Assembly: GCF_964355755.1 (NCBI RefSeq)
Contig: NC_092675.1
Coordinates: 20,928,912 to 20,992,911 of the forward strand
From: Antedon mediterranea
Taxonomy: Eukaryota > Animalia > Echinodermata
Direction of reading: 5' to 3'
Length of the DNA stretch: 64,000 nt
Below the pieces are notes generated by a model, which saw nothing but the letters and a program-made list of their open reading frames with translations, made no database searches and was not told the origin of the DNA. Made by a program: the position numbers and the translations under genes. This document shows, in pieces, positions 28,901-39,135 of this stretch (position 1 is the stretch's first letter; each line of letters opens with the position of its first letter).

Positions 28901-31900
28901 TTTGTGTTTCTTTTATGGATTAGTCCAAATCCTGTCCTCTCACACATTAAAAGGCATCCTAGTAATATTGTGTTGGAATCAAATACTAAAGTGAACAAAA
29001 ATAAGCAAGAAACATTGACAAAGCTGTTTAAACTTTGAACACAGGAATGTCGTGAGTTGATATCATACTTTCCTTACCCAGGTGGTTAAGCAAACCAGAA
29101 AAATATTGACACTGGCCACGTTTGTGTGATTGAAATATATATTTATACTGGGTAACCTCTTCAGTCAAAGACTGGTCTCCCAGAGGGCCCAGTTATGATC
29201 AGTGGCTGTGATGTACTAATACACTGACTGGGGTAACCCTCTACTGTCTCGAAAGATGTACTAGGTTCTTTAAAGTGCACACGAGCTAGATGTGTACACT
29301 GGACCTACAGTTTATAGTCCTTATCGTCGCTTGTTTAACTCCGGTTACACAATTTTGGATTAAATCCACACTTTTTCTGGCAGTGCAAAAGGGGTAAAAT
29401 AAATACTAACCAAGTTTATAAACGGACATCAAGATTTCCTCCACTGGGTCAGCAAATCCCATATCCAGCATCCGGTCAACTTCGTCCAGTACAACATGGT
29501 TAACTTGGCTTAAGTTTAGTGTCTTCCGCCTTACGTAATCCAGTACTCTTCCAGGTGTTCCTACCAGGACATCGATGCCATGTCGGATGGCAGTCTCTTG
29601 AGGCCAGTAAGCTGTTCCACCATAGATGCAGGTGACAGTTAAAGAATCATTGATGGCTTCAAAATCTTCAGATACCTGTACAAAATATTAATTGCAATTT
29701 AGAGTCAAAACTAAATGACAATATATATCTTTTTATAATGCAAATATACTTATCTAGAGCGATCAGTTAACAAGTTTATTGAAAATAGGACAGTTATTGC
29801 CATTTGGAAGTTAATTAATCTCTAAACACTGGCAACATGAACAGTTGACACATGCGTGGTACTCTCTCTCCTACAATGACGTAATGCCTAATTGATGACA
29901 AAATATAATTGTGTCATCAATCAAATACAATGAGAAATAACTGTTATTTCTTTCTTCAGTGCAAATTCTACTTACCTGTTTGGCAAGCTCTCTGGTTGGT
30001 GCAAGGACTAACACCTTAGGTGGTCTACCACTTTTCTTGGGAGTATCTTTTAATTTTTCAGTGAGAGGCACTGCAAACGAAAATGTTTTTCCTGTTCCAG
30101 TACCTACAAAATAATAAGTTAGTAGCAACACCTTGTTTCAGAATAAAGCTAATAAAGGTCCTCTATCTTAATTTGTTTAAAAAAAATATCAATACACTAT
30201 CAACTGTATACTGTTTTGAACGATGCACATTTTTTGGGCTGGCCTCAATAACTACATACAGATTCTCATACATGTTGTACATCTTCATCAAGATCAATGA
30301 CATGACACGACACCATATGACATGACATCACATGCCATGACACTACATGACATGGCGATCTTCAGTTCAGATTTACAATGCTACACAAATATTCCATGAA
30401 TCTAACCAGTGTTATTATTTCAATCTTTTCCCAATCATCCATCTTGTAGTGATGTTCGAGGATGGTGTCAAGCTATGGTGAAAGCTTGGTACCGAAGGCC
30501 ATCACTGGATTAATGTTCCTCCATTAAAATAAACACAACTAATAGCCATGGGATGAAGCTAATGTTGCCAAGAACTGGAGGGTATATTGATCACACCATA
30601 GACGGTGTTAACAATTATTTGGAAAACCATTATTACTACTTCTGAAAACTCAGTTTTACTAGGACCTACTGCAACATCCTTTTCAATTCTAATAGCAATT
30701 CTTGCAAATCTTGCTTGAAATACTACATTCAGGAAAACATGAAATGAATGAAGAATAACTTACGAGCTTGGGCAATGACATCAACACCGCTGTAGACGTC
30801 ATCAAATGTTTTTGATTGAATTGGAAACAAGTACTTGACACCACGTTCTAAAATAAAAAAAAATATTGTGGTTATTTGTTTTCATTTTTTTTTTTTTTTT
30901 CAATAACTTTTATTTTCTCCTTTTATCAAAAACATTACACTCAACAGAACGAAACAAAAAGGAAAACCAAAGACGTTTGAGGACGTCACATTATCTCAAT
31001 CGTCATTCTCTTTTTTCATTATCTCTTTCATTTCAATGTTTGATATACCACAAATACCTCATCATAATCATTTCTTAAGTTAAACCTGGCTATAATAACC
31101 CCTTGTCAATAATGATTACCCAGTTTTGCATTTTCAACTCTTATTCCTTAATTTAGTTTACAATACGTTTTTGATATGGACATTATACTTATTTCAATTT
31201 TTTGCAATATTATTCTCCACAGTTTTTGTAAAAAAGTACCCAGAAAAGAAGAAAGAAAATCAAAGACGCGTGAGGACGTCACATTATAATATTTGATTAA
31301 ATCACCATACCTCATCATAATCATTTCTTAGTTTAAACCAGGCTATTATAACATATTAACAATAATAGTTACAAAGTTTTGCATTATTAACTCCTATACC
31401 TTGATTTGGTTTACAAAGTCAAATTCTTTTTCCCCTATCCATAATTCACCAAAACAATATAAGAGAAATAAATTGTCAAATTTACTAAGGCGTTACAATG
31501 AATTATTTCAGTTGCTTATGGGTGTATTTCATTCAATTCTCTTTCTAATACTGGTTCCTATTTTTTAATATGGACATTATATTTATTTTTAATTTTTGCG
31601 ATATTATTCTCCACAGTTTCTGTAAAGAGTACCCATCTTTTAAAGTGAAAGAAGTTAAGAGTAATTTCATTTATCTTGCATTTATATATATATCTCTTAA
31701 CAAGAAGTAAAATCATATTAACAAAAGTTGAATATTTATATTAAAAAAAATACCAAAACATATGTCTATATAATTTAATCTAATAGTGATGTCTAATTTC
31801 CTGAACCAATAAAACACATCATCCCACAACTTAGAAGTTTTCTCGCAAGACCACATTAGATGTATTACTGTTTCTTTTTCCTTACTACAAAGAGAACATT

Positions 31901-34900
31901 TATTATCTTGAATCAGGCCAATTTTGTGCAATAACTCATTTGTAGGAAGAATTCTATGTATAAATCTGAATTGCAGGTACTGTGTTTTGATATCAAGAGT
32001 ACATTCATAAGGCATCCTATAAATTAAATTCCAATTAACCTTAACAAGATTAGGCTCTTGGTTAAATTCATTACTCCATTTTCTATAAGCCTTTGGGGTT
32101 ATCTTAAATATATTATTGAGCAAATTGTACACAAAGGTGGTTGTTTTTTTTAAAACTTCCATTAATTGTAATAAAACTGGCGATTTTCTTGTAGGGTTGG
32201 GATTAGCAAATTTTTCTCGGTAATTTTGAGAGATAACATTAACTAAACCAAAAAAAAGAATGAAGTTGCAATTTATAGCATAGGTATTTTTAAATTCAGT
32301 ATATGTCATAAAGCGTTGGTTGTTAAGCCTTACATCTGAAATATAATTTACACCTTTTAAGCTCCATGATCTATAAAATATAGTTTTCTTATTAATTTTA
32401 ATGTTTTGATTGTACCACAATACCTCATCAGATACATCATCACCATAATCATTTCTTAGTTTAAACCAGGCTATTAAAACATCTTGTAAAAAGGAGTTAC
32501 CAAGCTTTTCATAATTAATTCCTATCCCCTGTTTTGGTTTACAAAGCCAGATCCATTCCCCACCGATGCTCAAAATTTGTTTCCTAAATAATTGTTTCCA
32601 TTTTCCGTTCGTGGTTGTGTCTAAAAATCTTTTAACCCAAGTTATTTTTAGGGCTTCATTAAATTTATAAATATTTGTCATTTTTAAACCTCCATTATCC
32701 TTATCGTTATACATAGTCTCTTTTATTTTTCAGCCTACCAATATTTAGAAAGCTGGATTTTGCCTTATTTAATTTCAACCCGGAAATTTTCTATAACTTT
32801 AATTGCATTAGCTATGGATGTTTCAGTTCCATCCAAAATTAGAGTAGTATCATCCGCAAATTGGGTGATTTTTATTTGACTGTCAGGATTAACACAAATT
32901 CCCTTAATACTGTTGTTTTCCCGTATTGCAATGCTCATTATTTCAGCACACAAAATAAAAATATAACAACTAAGTGGGCACCCTTGACGCACGCCCCTTG
33001 TTATTTTAAAATAGTTGGATAGATGTTTTTAATTTAAACAGTTATTTTGTATAGGAAACAGGTAAAATTCTACTTACTAAGTAACAATGCTTTAGTTCTG
33101 GAAGAAATTGGAAATTTGTTCAGATCTCCAAGACGCATTTCTTCTAGCATCTCCTATAAAAGAAATTAACCAGTTATTAACTCAAATCATTAGTTAATAA
33201 AATTGCAATAAAAAATCATTTATATTCAATTCATTTTATATTAATTATTAATAGGATAAATAGGATCAATAAGGTAAAGTAATGATTAGAATTGAACCCT
33301 GGCCAGCACCAGTTGTGGCCCCGGACTCGGGTGCCTACTATCCTAGTAAAAAATCTCAGTATGTCTTAGATGTGTTTTAAGCACATGATACAAAATAATA
33401 TAATATTAATTTAAGTACATTATGGAGTATTAAGAATGAGATACAAAATAATAGTACGAGTAAGAGTAGTTATTCTGTTATTATGTACTTTTTTAAACAT
33501 TTTATGAAAATCTAAATGTTTAAAATAAAAAAAACATACCGGATCAATATCACCATTGGTCTCCTCATCAACAATTTCTTTTTCTTTTTTCACTTTCTTC
33601 TTTTTCTTCTTCTTCTCTACTTTGGTTTCTTCTCCTTGTGAGTCACTTTCACTGTTTTCGTGTTTCCTCTTTTTAGCTTTCTTTTCTTTCTTCACCTTCT
33701 TTTCTTTTTTTACCTCGGTCTCGCCATTTTCTTCAACAACTTCTTCTACTACATCGCTTGTCTGAATTTAGGTGTGAAATTCATTAATTTATATAATTTT
33801 AAGTGTTCTGGATTGTCTGTGTTTAAATCTTAAGTTACTGAGGGCTACAGACAGACACAAAAATTATTACACAACATTATTCTAGACGACAATAACATGT
33901 CTCGTCAAACAGTAGTAGTAGTAGTCAAATGTCATGTAGACAATCGCACAAATTTACGTTTGCACTGTTCCGCATTCAATGCGCGACATTTAATAACACA
34001 TATTGCGGCTTATCACGCAGACAGTAAGTTACGAATAGTTTAAGCCTGAAAATACAGTACAACCTGATCACATGGTCTTCTGCATTGGCCATTTACAACT
34101 GCGTCATTCATAAACCGAGAATGAAGTATGCACAATCATCACAGTGAATATCATTCACTTGTTATTAACTAGTCCCATTTGTATTGTTTTTGGATGATTT
34201 TTTCCAAACAACATATCACTATATATTTTATTTTGATGTTTTATATTTTTTCCAAATTATCATTGCATACAAAAATACAAATATAAAATACAAAGTACTC
34301 ATAATTGATGAGCAGGAGGCACACCTCTATCTACAACATACTCTGTTTTTGTAATTTGTCTGTTTTAAAATGTATTTTATGTATGAACCGAATAAATTCA
34401 ATCAATCAATCAATCAATCTTTGAACAAATAACAATCAAGCAAAAAATAAGTTTGTTATATAGTTATGTTTTATTTAGCGCTATCCAAACTTTTTTAATT
34501 CTTCACTTCAATCAATTACTGTAGTATACACACATTTCACAAAAGGCATAAGTAAAAAAGCACCATATAAAATATTTTAAAGTATAAAAAACACATCAAA
34601 AACTCAGAAAAGAGAACCCAGTTGTGCAACAATGACATTACCAATAGTACTTGATTAGACTTGTAATGAATCCTTTTGTGTGTTTGGTTTTGGTCACTGT
34701 AGTCTAGGGAGGAAAAACTAGGTACTTCTACCTAAAGGTTTTATTGTGCCTCCCTACTGTAGGTTTAGGCAAAAGATGGTAAAGCCTATGTGTAGGCAAT
34801 TTTTGGAAATAATCCCTGCACAACTGGGTGCGCCTATCTGTAGCAAGAAGCGGGATACAGTATAATATTATTCTTGCAAATTCATAGCTAGCACCATGCA

Positions 34901-37900
34901 AAATAATCCCTAAAGCTCTACACTGGATTTGTCCAAATTGTTTACGCTGCATTTTCATTAAAGTTCCCAATTCTAAAACGAATATAGGACAAATATTAAA
35001 GATGTATTGTCAAAATATTCTAAATTTAAATTAAAGTCGAAAATTCAAGTAAAAAACAACAAGTTTACGTAATTAACAGGTAAACTAATTTGATTAAATT
35101 TCGTCTGAAAAATCGTCGCTAGCGAAAGTAAACAAAGATTTCAAACCACGAGTATGCATTATGTATGATGCTAATTAGGATTGTTTACAACTCGTCACAG
35201 TTGAGAAAGTGTTTTCACACACATCGTGAGAAGTTTTATGATTATGCATACAGAGTAGCCAAACAAGCGTGTTGCATTATGAGATATGTTTTGATCAAAA
35301 ACTTTGACTGGAAGTCAAAGTTATTTTTTGAACAAAAAAATGTCTGTATTTCAGTTAAATGATTTTTTTTCCGACTAATTTTTGGTGACAGTTACTAACT
35401 ATTATGATACTACTATTTTTTTTTAATTAGTCAAAGTAACAATACATCTTTAAAACAGCTCTAAAAGAACATATCAACCAAAAATACAAACATTGCCAGC
35501 TGCTACAAGTCTTCTTGAAACATTACAGAATTAATCCAATGGATTCACAATTTGCTTGATAAAAGCATAATTTAGGCATACAGAAATTTGGTCCAAACGT
35601 TCTATTGGTGAATACTATACTGTGCATACTCTCCAAAGATGGATAAAATAAAATCAAGAATTGCTACCTTTTTAGCCAGTACATAATAGCCCATTCATTA
35701 CCACCTGGAAGAAGGTGGCAAATGACAAACTCATTTTCTTAAGTTATTATCTTTTTTTTATTTTTCGTTTTTTTTTCCTCTCTGACTCGCTTTCTTTCTG
35801 CTTTTGCTGCCTCAACTTCTTTTTTTTTCTCTTCCTTTTCTTTCAACATTTTAATGTAAGCTTTTCCAGAAATTACATGAGGAAGAACTCTTTTATTTTC
35901 AGAAGCCATGGCCCTCTTCGGGTAAACAAGATGTTCATCAAACGCCGGAGACACGTATGAATTTGAGTGCTTACCCATAGAAGAAGGTGGAGGGGTCACG
36001 ATGGTAGTTGATGACTTAAGTTTAAACCATGTATAATACATGGGATCAGACATGTCACATCCCTCCATCTGTCGACTTTGAAAGTTGGAGACAATGACTT
36101 CCCCCATAGCTGACTCAAGAGCATGTAGTGCGGCGACGTTGGCAGCAAAGGAAGATGATGGTGGTGTTGATGATGTTGGTGTTGATGATGTTGATCCTGC
36201 TGATTGATTCAATGATGGTGGTGGTGATAATGTTTGTGACGATGGTGGTGGTAGTGGTAGTGATGATGGTGGTGGTAGTGATTGTGGTGACGATGATGGT
36301 GGTGTTTGCAGTGGCATTGATGTAGATGATACAGTGGTTGCTGTTGTCGGTTGTTCTGTTCTGTGAAAAACAGTAGAAGGTGCCAGCATGGCAGGATCAA
36401 TAGCATTGGCATTAAAAGGATACAACCCACTTTTCCGGAAACCAGAACGAGCATACTTCTTCTTGGCACTTTCTTCCCAAGCAACAGCAAAAACTGAAGA
36501 GAAAGACTGCTTGGTCACGTATTGCCCGTAATGATCAGTCATCCATTTGCGAACAGCTTTGTTCCAAGAGGTTTTTAAGGACTTGTAAACAGCCACATCC
36601 AAAGGTTGCATGAGGTGGCTGGAGTGTGAAGGAAGACAATATAAAATTATCTTCTCTTTAACACAAAACTCTGCCGTATCAATGTTTAGGTGAGCTGAAT
36701 GGCCATCCACAAACAACACAATTGGAAAATAAACATGTAATGATTTTACATAGGGCAAAAAATGATTGGATAAATATTCAAAAAATATTTCAGAATTAAT
36801 ATATCCAGTTTTAGACTTTGCAAAAGAGGAGTGATCTGGAGCACCCTCTAGTGCATTGTATCCAAATCTTAACCCAGGAAAAATGATCAAGGGTGGGATA
36901 TAAGACCCAGCTGCATTACAGGCACCAACTACGGTAATCTGTTGACTTGTTGTTAATGTTTGCTGGTAAACATTCCTTGCGCCTCTAGCTGTCAGCACTC
37001 TTTCATTTTTTACTCCTAGGGGGAAGCCTGTTTCGTCGACATTGAACAGCCGGGACGGATCTGATATGACATCTTCGATTCCTGCATCCTTCATAAACGC
37101 CTTGTATTCATGAAACCACTGCGATATTTTTTCTTTGGTCACTGTAGCCCTCTCTATTCCCAGGGACTCAGGACGTCTCACAGATAGATCTGGATGACGT
37201 TTCATAAAATTACGCAACCATTGACGTCCTGGCATGTTGCCAGCAAACGGTGTCTTTCTACCATCTGATTCTACTATTTTTTTAACAGTTAGCTTCAGTT
37301 CATGCTTAGTGCGGCCGTACCCAATCTGTGCCATGTGCTTGAGCCACTCCACAAGTCTCCCCTCTTCAGCTCTGTTAAGAAATGGGTTCGGACCTTGCGT
37401 CGACTCAATCGGTGTTATTCCATTAATTTTGTCACTTAATGTCGACTTTGGTATGGAATACATCCTACCTGCCGCCCCCATTGACAGTTCTCCACTTCTA
37501 ATTCGTTCTATTGCAATTCTCACAGTTTCTGGGGTGTATCCCACTTTCAAGTTTCGTTTTGGTAGTTGCATTCGCAGGCTGTGCAGTTGCATTTCAATCA
37601 TGACCTGTTGAATAATTCAACAGGTCATATATAATTCAATTATATATAATTCAAAAACAAATCGTTTACTAGCCTGGATCACTTGCTAGAGATCCGGCGT
37701 CAGTCGCATTGTGATTGGTCCTAACAAGTGACAATACATGTTCAACACATAACACTTGTATATGATTACTGTGTATGTACATGTGCTAGCTTTTTAATAA
37801 ACTGACGTCGGTTCTGTCCTCACAAATGCCTAGCTACGCCTACATACAGGCTACATCTAGGCCTACTACTACTACCACTGTACATTCAGATTACTCAAAT

Positions 37901-38256
37901 TCAATGAGGGTACAAATTCAACACAAAACAAACAAATTATACATCTTGTTTTAACATTAAAATAAGTGTTCTGGTGTTCTAATATAGTATATTTATAAAA
38001 CTTTACTTCTACTAATATCTTTCACTACTTGCTATACTATGGAACGAAACGACTTTATAAAAAGTTAACATGACTAAATGACCCATCATACCCCTCCATC
38101 ATTCAATCATCAAGAAGCTACTTATTAGGCCCGCCTAGCCTACGCCGGCATAAATGCCGCCTACACTAGGTATTAAATTGCCATTCAAAACATGACATGA
38201 TGATAATTACTTACTTTAGACTTTTTACTTTTCTTTTTCTTCGATATTTCAGCCAT
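19904..38256 (-). CDS. DDX21: Nucleolar RNA helicase 2 (DDX21/DDX50-like), 14 coding exons: 38256-38215, 33761-33540, 33153-33078, 30847-30764, 30103-29976, 29675-29411, 28570-28416, 27635-27429, 26351-26247, 24000-23881, 23211-23138, 22625-22466, 20937-20758, 20161-19904; ~691 aa
   Basis: Lys/Glu-rich N-terminus, Q motif (LFPIQ), [50 protein letters not shown]-like domain and RGG tail. All introns are GT-AG and the phases are consistent (2076-nt CDS). Confidence 0.95.
21047..21421. repeat. ~375-bp intragenic duplication of 23191-23563 (start of exon 11 + 3' part of intron 10 including the snoRNA)
   Basis: AATACGTTTAAACTTTATTCCCTGAAAT...GTACTGTACTGTAAATAGTA is present at both sites with few differences. 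Confidence 0.9.
21205..21346 (-). ncRNA. H/ACA box snoRNA copy 1 (DDX21 intron 12), SNORA57/U99-like
   Basis: Hairpin (CCUCCA/UGGAGG) - H box ACAUUA - hairpin (AGUGGUG/CAUCACU) - ACA + 3 nt, on the host strand. Pocket strands GUUCUUGG and GCCUUCG/CCUC are complementary to conserved 18S segments. Confidence 0.85.
22912..23053 (-). ncRNA. H/ACA box snoRNA copy 2 (DDX21 intron 11)
   Basis: Near-identical to copy 1; differences fall in the apical loops; flanks are unrelated to the other copies. Confidence 0.85.
23347..23488 (-). ncRNA. H/ACA box snoRNA copy 3 (DDX21 intron 10)
   Basis: Near-identical; its stem change C>U keeps pairing as U-G. Confidence 0.85.
24116..25925 (+). mobile_element. 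tRNA-derived SINE, interrupted by a DNA transposon at 24349-25821
   Basis: A box TGGCCGAGCGG (~24126), B box GGTTCGAG (~24180), (TAAA)n tail; the body matches the reverse copy at 29145-29326. Confidence 0.75.
24349..25821. mobile_element. Non-autonomous DNA transposon (hAT/P-like termini) nested in the SINE
   Basis: Imperfect TIR CTGGGGTAGCACT / AGTGCGAGCCTAG, CACAG duplicated on both sides, subterminal GCCAAAATGGCTAA motifs at both ends. Confidence 0.65.
26010..26151 (-). ncRNA. H/ACA box snoRNA copy 4 (DDX21 intron 9)
   Basis: Near-identical; H box variant ACAGUA still fits ANANNA. Confidence 0.85.
27177..27396. mobile_element. Small MITE with ~20-bp inverted termini
   Basis: ATTGTTAACCAGGCCTTGTC ... 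GACAAGGCCTAGTTAACAAT. Confidence 0.55.
27868..28150 (+). mobile_element. Penelope-like pseudo-LTR remnant with partial tandem duplication and degenerate hammerhead core
   Basis: CTGATGAAGGGC..GTCCAAAAGC at 27871; ~110-bp direct repeat (TTTAGCTT...CTCCATTGAGATCCAGCCACTGATACCC...GCCTTTGGATT) twice; flanked by (TA)n. Confidence 0.5.
28718..28892. repeat. Tandem repeat, 82-bp unit x2.1
   Basis: ACATTGCCAAG at 28721 and 28803, ACACTGCC at 28885. Confidence 0.9.
29145..29326 (-). mobile_element. 5'-truncated SINE copy
   Basis: Reverse complement matches the body of the SINE at 24230-24348 / 25822-25905. Confidence 0.7.
30442..30583 (-). ncRNA. H/ACA box snoRNA copy 5 (DDX21 intron 4)
   Basis: Near-identical; lower-stem variant AGUGAUG converts a G-U pair to A-U against CAUCACU. 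Confidence 0.85.
30886..33020 (-). mobile_element. 5'-truncated, rearranged L1/Tx1-like LINE (RT + zf-RVT) in DDX21 intron 3
   Basis: GVRQGCPLS and QFADDTT in ORF 32765-32992; GGL..WxKR and CSLC..ETVIHL..C in ORF 31713-32714; AATAAA + poly(A) at ~30886-30915 on the minus strand; scrambled internal duplications at 30940-31630. Confidence 0.85.
34728..34970 (-). mobile_element. LINE (L2/CR1-clade) ORF2 C-terminal fragment
   Basis: IQCRALGII...DRRTQLC..YF..L...HRLYHLLP resembles the conserved post-RT region. Confidence 0.55.
35000..35449. mobile_element. Kolobok-type MITE
   Basis: TTAA|AGATGTATTGT ... ACAATACATCT|TTAA: perfect 11-bp TIR with TTAA TSD. Confidence 0.75.
35739..37601 (-). CDS. 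Intact pogo/Fot1-like DD35D transposase (HTH-psq + CENP-B HTH + DDE_1), inside DDX21 intron 1, same strand
   Basis: 620-aa ORF: psq HTH ([15 protein letters not shown]), CENP-B HTH ([23 protein letters not shown]), catalytic FNVDETG, VDGHSAH and QPLD with 35 residues between the last two Asp, Pro/Ser linker, basic coiled tail. No TIR/TA-TSD recognised nearby. Confidence 0.9.
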   Translation of the reverse strand: MIEMQLHSLRMQLPKRNLKVGYTPETVRIAIERIRSGELSMGAAGRMYSIPKSTLSDKINGITPIESTQGPNPFLNRAEEGRLVEWLKHMAQIGYGRTKHELKLTVKKIVESDGRKTPFAGNMPGRQWLRNFMKRHPDLSVRRPESLGIERATVTKEKISQWFHEYKAFMKDAGIEDVISDPSRLFNVDETGFPLGVKNERVLTARGARNVYQQTLTTSQQITVVGACNAAGSYIPPLIIFPGLRFGYNALEGAPDHSSFAKSKTGYINSEIFFEYLSNHFLPYVKSLHVYFPIVLFVDGHSAHLNIDTAEFCVKEKIILYCLPSHSSHLMQPLDVAVYKSLKTSWNKAVRKWMTDHYGQYVTKQSFSSVFAVAWEESAKKKYARSGFRKSGLYPFNANAIDPAMLAPSTVFHRTEQPTTATTVSSTSMPLQTPPSSSPQSLPPPSSLPLPPPSSQTLSPPPSLNQSAGSTSSTPTSSTPPSSSFAANVAALHALESAMGEVIVSNFQSRQMEGCDMSDPMYYTWFKLKSSTTIVTPPPSSMGKHSNSYVSPAFDEHLVYPKRAMASENKRVLPHVISGKAYIKMLKEKEEKKKEVEAAKAERKRVREEKKTKNKKKIIT

Positions 38257-38323
38257 TATAATATGTATTTTGTGTATATTTCGCCCTCAAAACAAATGTA
38301 CACAGGCACACTGCACTCTCAAC

Positions 38324-38375
38324 AACACGTGGGAATTAAAAGGGCCGTGTGGCAATGTAATAATGACTGACGTCA
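38324..38375. promoter_or_regulatory. DDX21 proximal promoter/5' region: E-box AACACGTG and CRE TGACGTCA
   Basis: CACGTG 38326-38331 and TGACGTCA 38368-38375, 70-120 bp upstream of the DDX21 ATG in a locally CpG-richer stretch. Myc E-boxes are typical of ribosome-biogenesis genes. Confidence 0.5.
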
Positions 38376-38611
38376 TAGATTGCAGCACCACCAACGGTGA
38401 AGCTGAGCCGTGTTATCCAGTGATATGTAATAGCCGAAGGCTGCATGGCAATATTTTAATGTTATCGCAGTTCAAAAGTGATTCTCCGTGGAAAGGAAAA
38501 CCAACAAGATGGCGGCTGCCATCGACCAATCAGATATGCCCTAGGCAATACGCAATACTACGCCTGTGTTGAGCCTATCTGCGTGAGAACGATACGTAAC
38601 GCAGCGCGTTA

Positions 38612-38814
38612 AGCCTGTTTTCCTGTCGACGTTATTCGACGATATCGTCGTTGATCGTTAAAAGTTCAACGACAATCGCTTGAAAACGATCAAGTTGAAA
38701 TGATAACGATAGCGAGTACATTTTCCTTTAAATCGTTAACATTTGAATGTTTACGTAGAAGATTGCCGATTATTGTTAACGATAGCATGAATAACGTCGA
38801 CAGGAAAACAGGCT
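38612..38814. mobile_element. PIF/Harbinger-like MITE
   Basis: 26-bp TIR AGCCTGTTTTCCTGTCGACGTTATTC with TTA TSD on both sides. Confidence 0.85.
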
Positions 38815-39135
38815 TTAAGCGTATAAACGCGAACGCATTCTATTTGATCCTCGTCCGTATACACAAAAAATGCTAGCTTACCAAGAAATTATGTATTCTA
38901 TTGCGATTAACAATAATTATATTACATTTTATAAAAACTTACCTCCAATATGTGTCGTATTTATGTGGTCTTAATGTATTATAATACTGTTTTTGAACAC
39001 ATTTACGGAATACGGCCGCCATCTTGTTAGTTCCCTTCCTGTTGGAATCACTTTTCACCAGCAGAGCCATATAGAGATATTATATCCCAGTGGGCAAAAA
39101 TTGGTTGAATTAACGTTAATTCAACGTTATCTGCA

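Noticed and set aside
36128-36490. Poly-His and Met/Val-rich ORFs
   Set aside because: Alternative-frame or antisense shadows of the trinucleotide-like Pro/Ser linker of the transposase.
33762-38214. TIRs for the pogo transposase
   Set aside because: Candidate TACAG/CTGTA ends did not form an inverted pair; the only clear TIR pair here belongs to the TTAA MITE at 35000-35449. A degenerate TIR could have been missed by eye.
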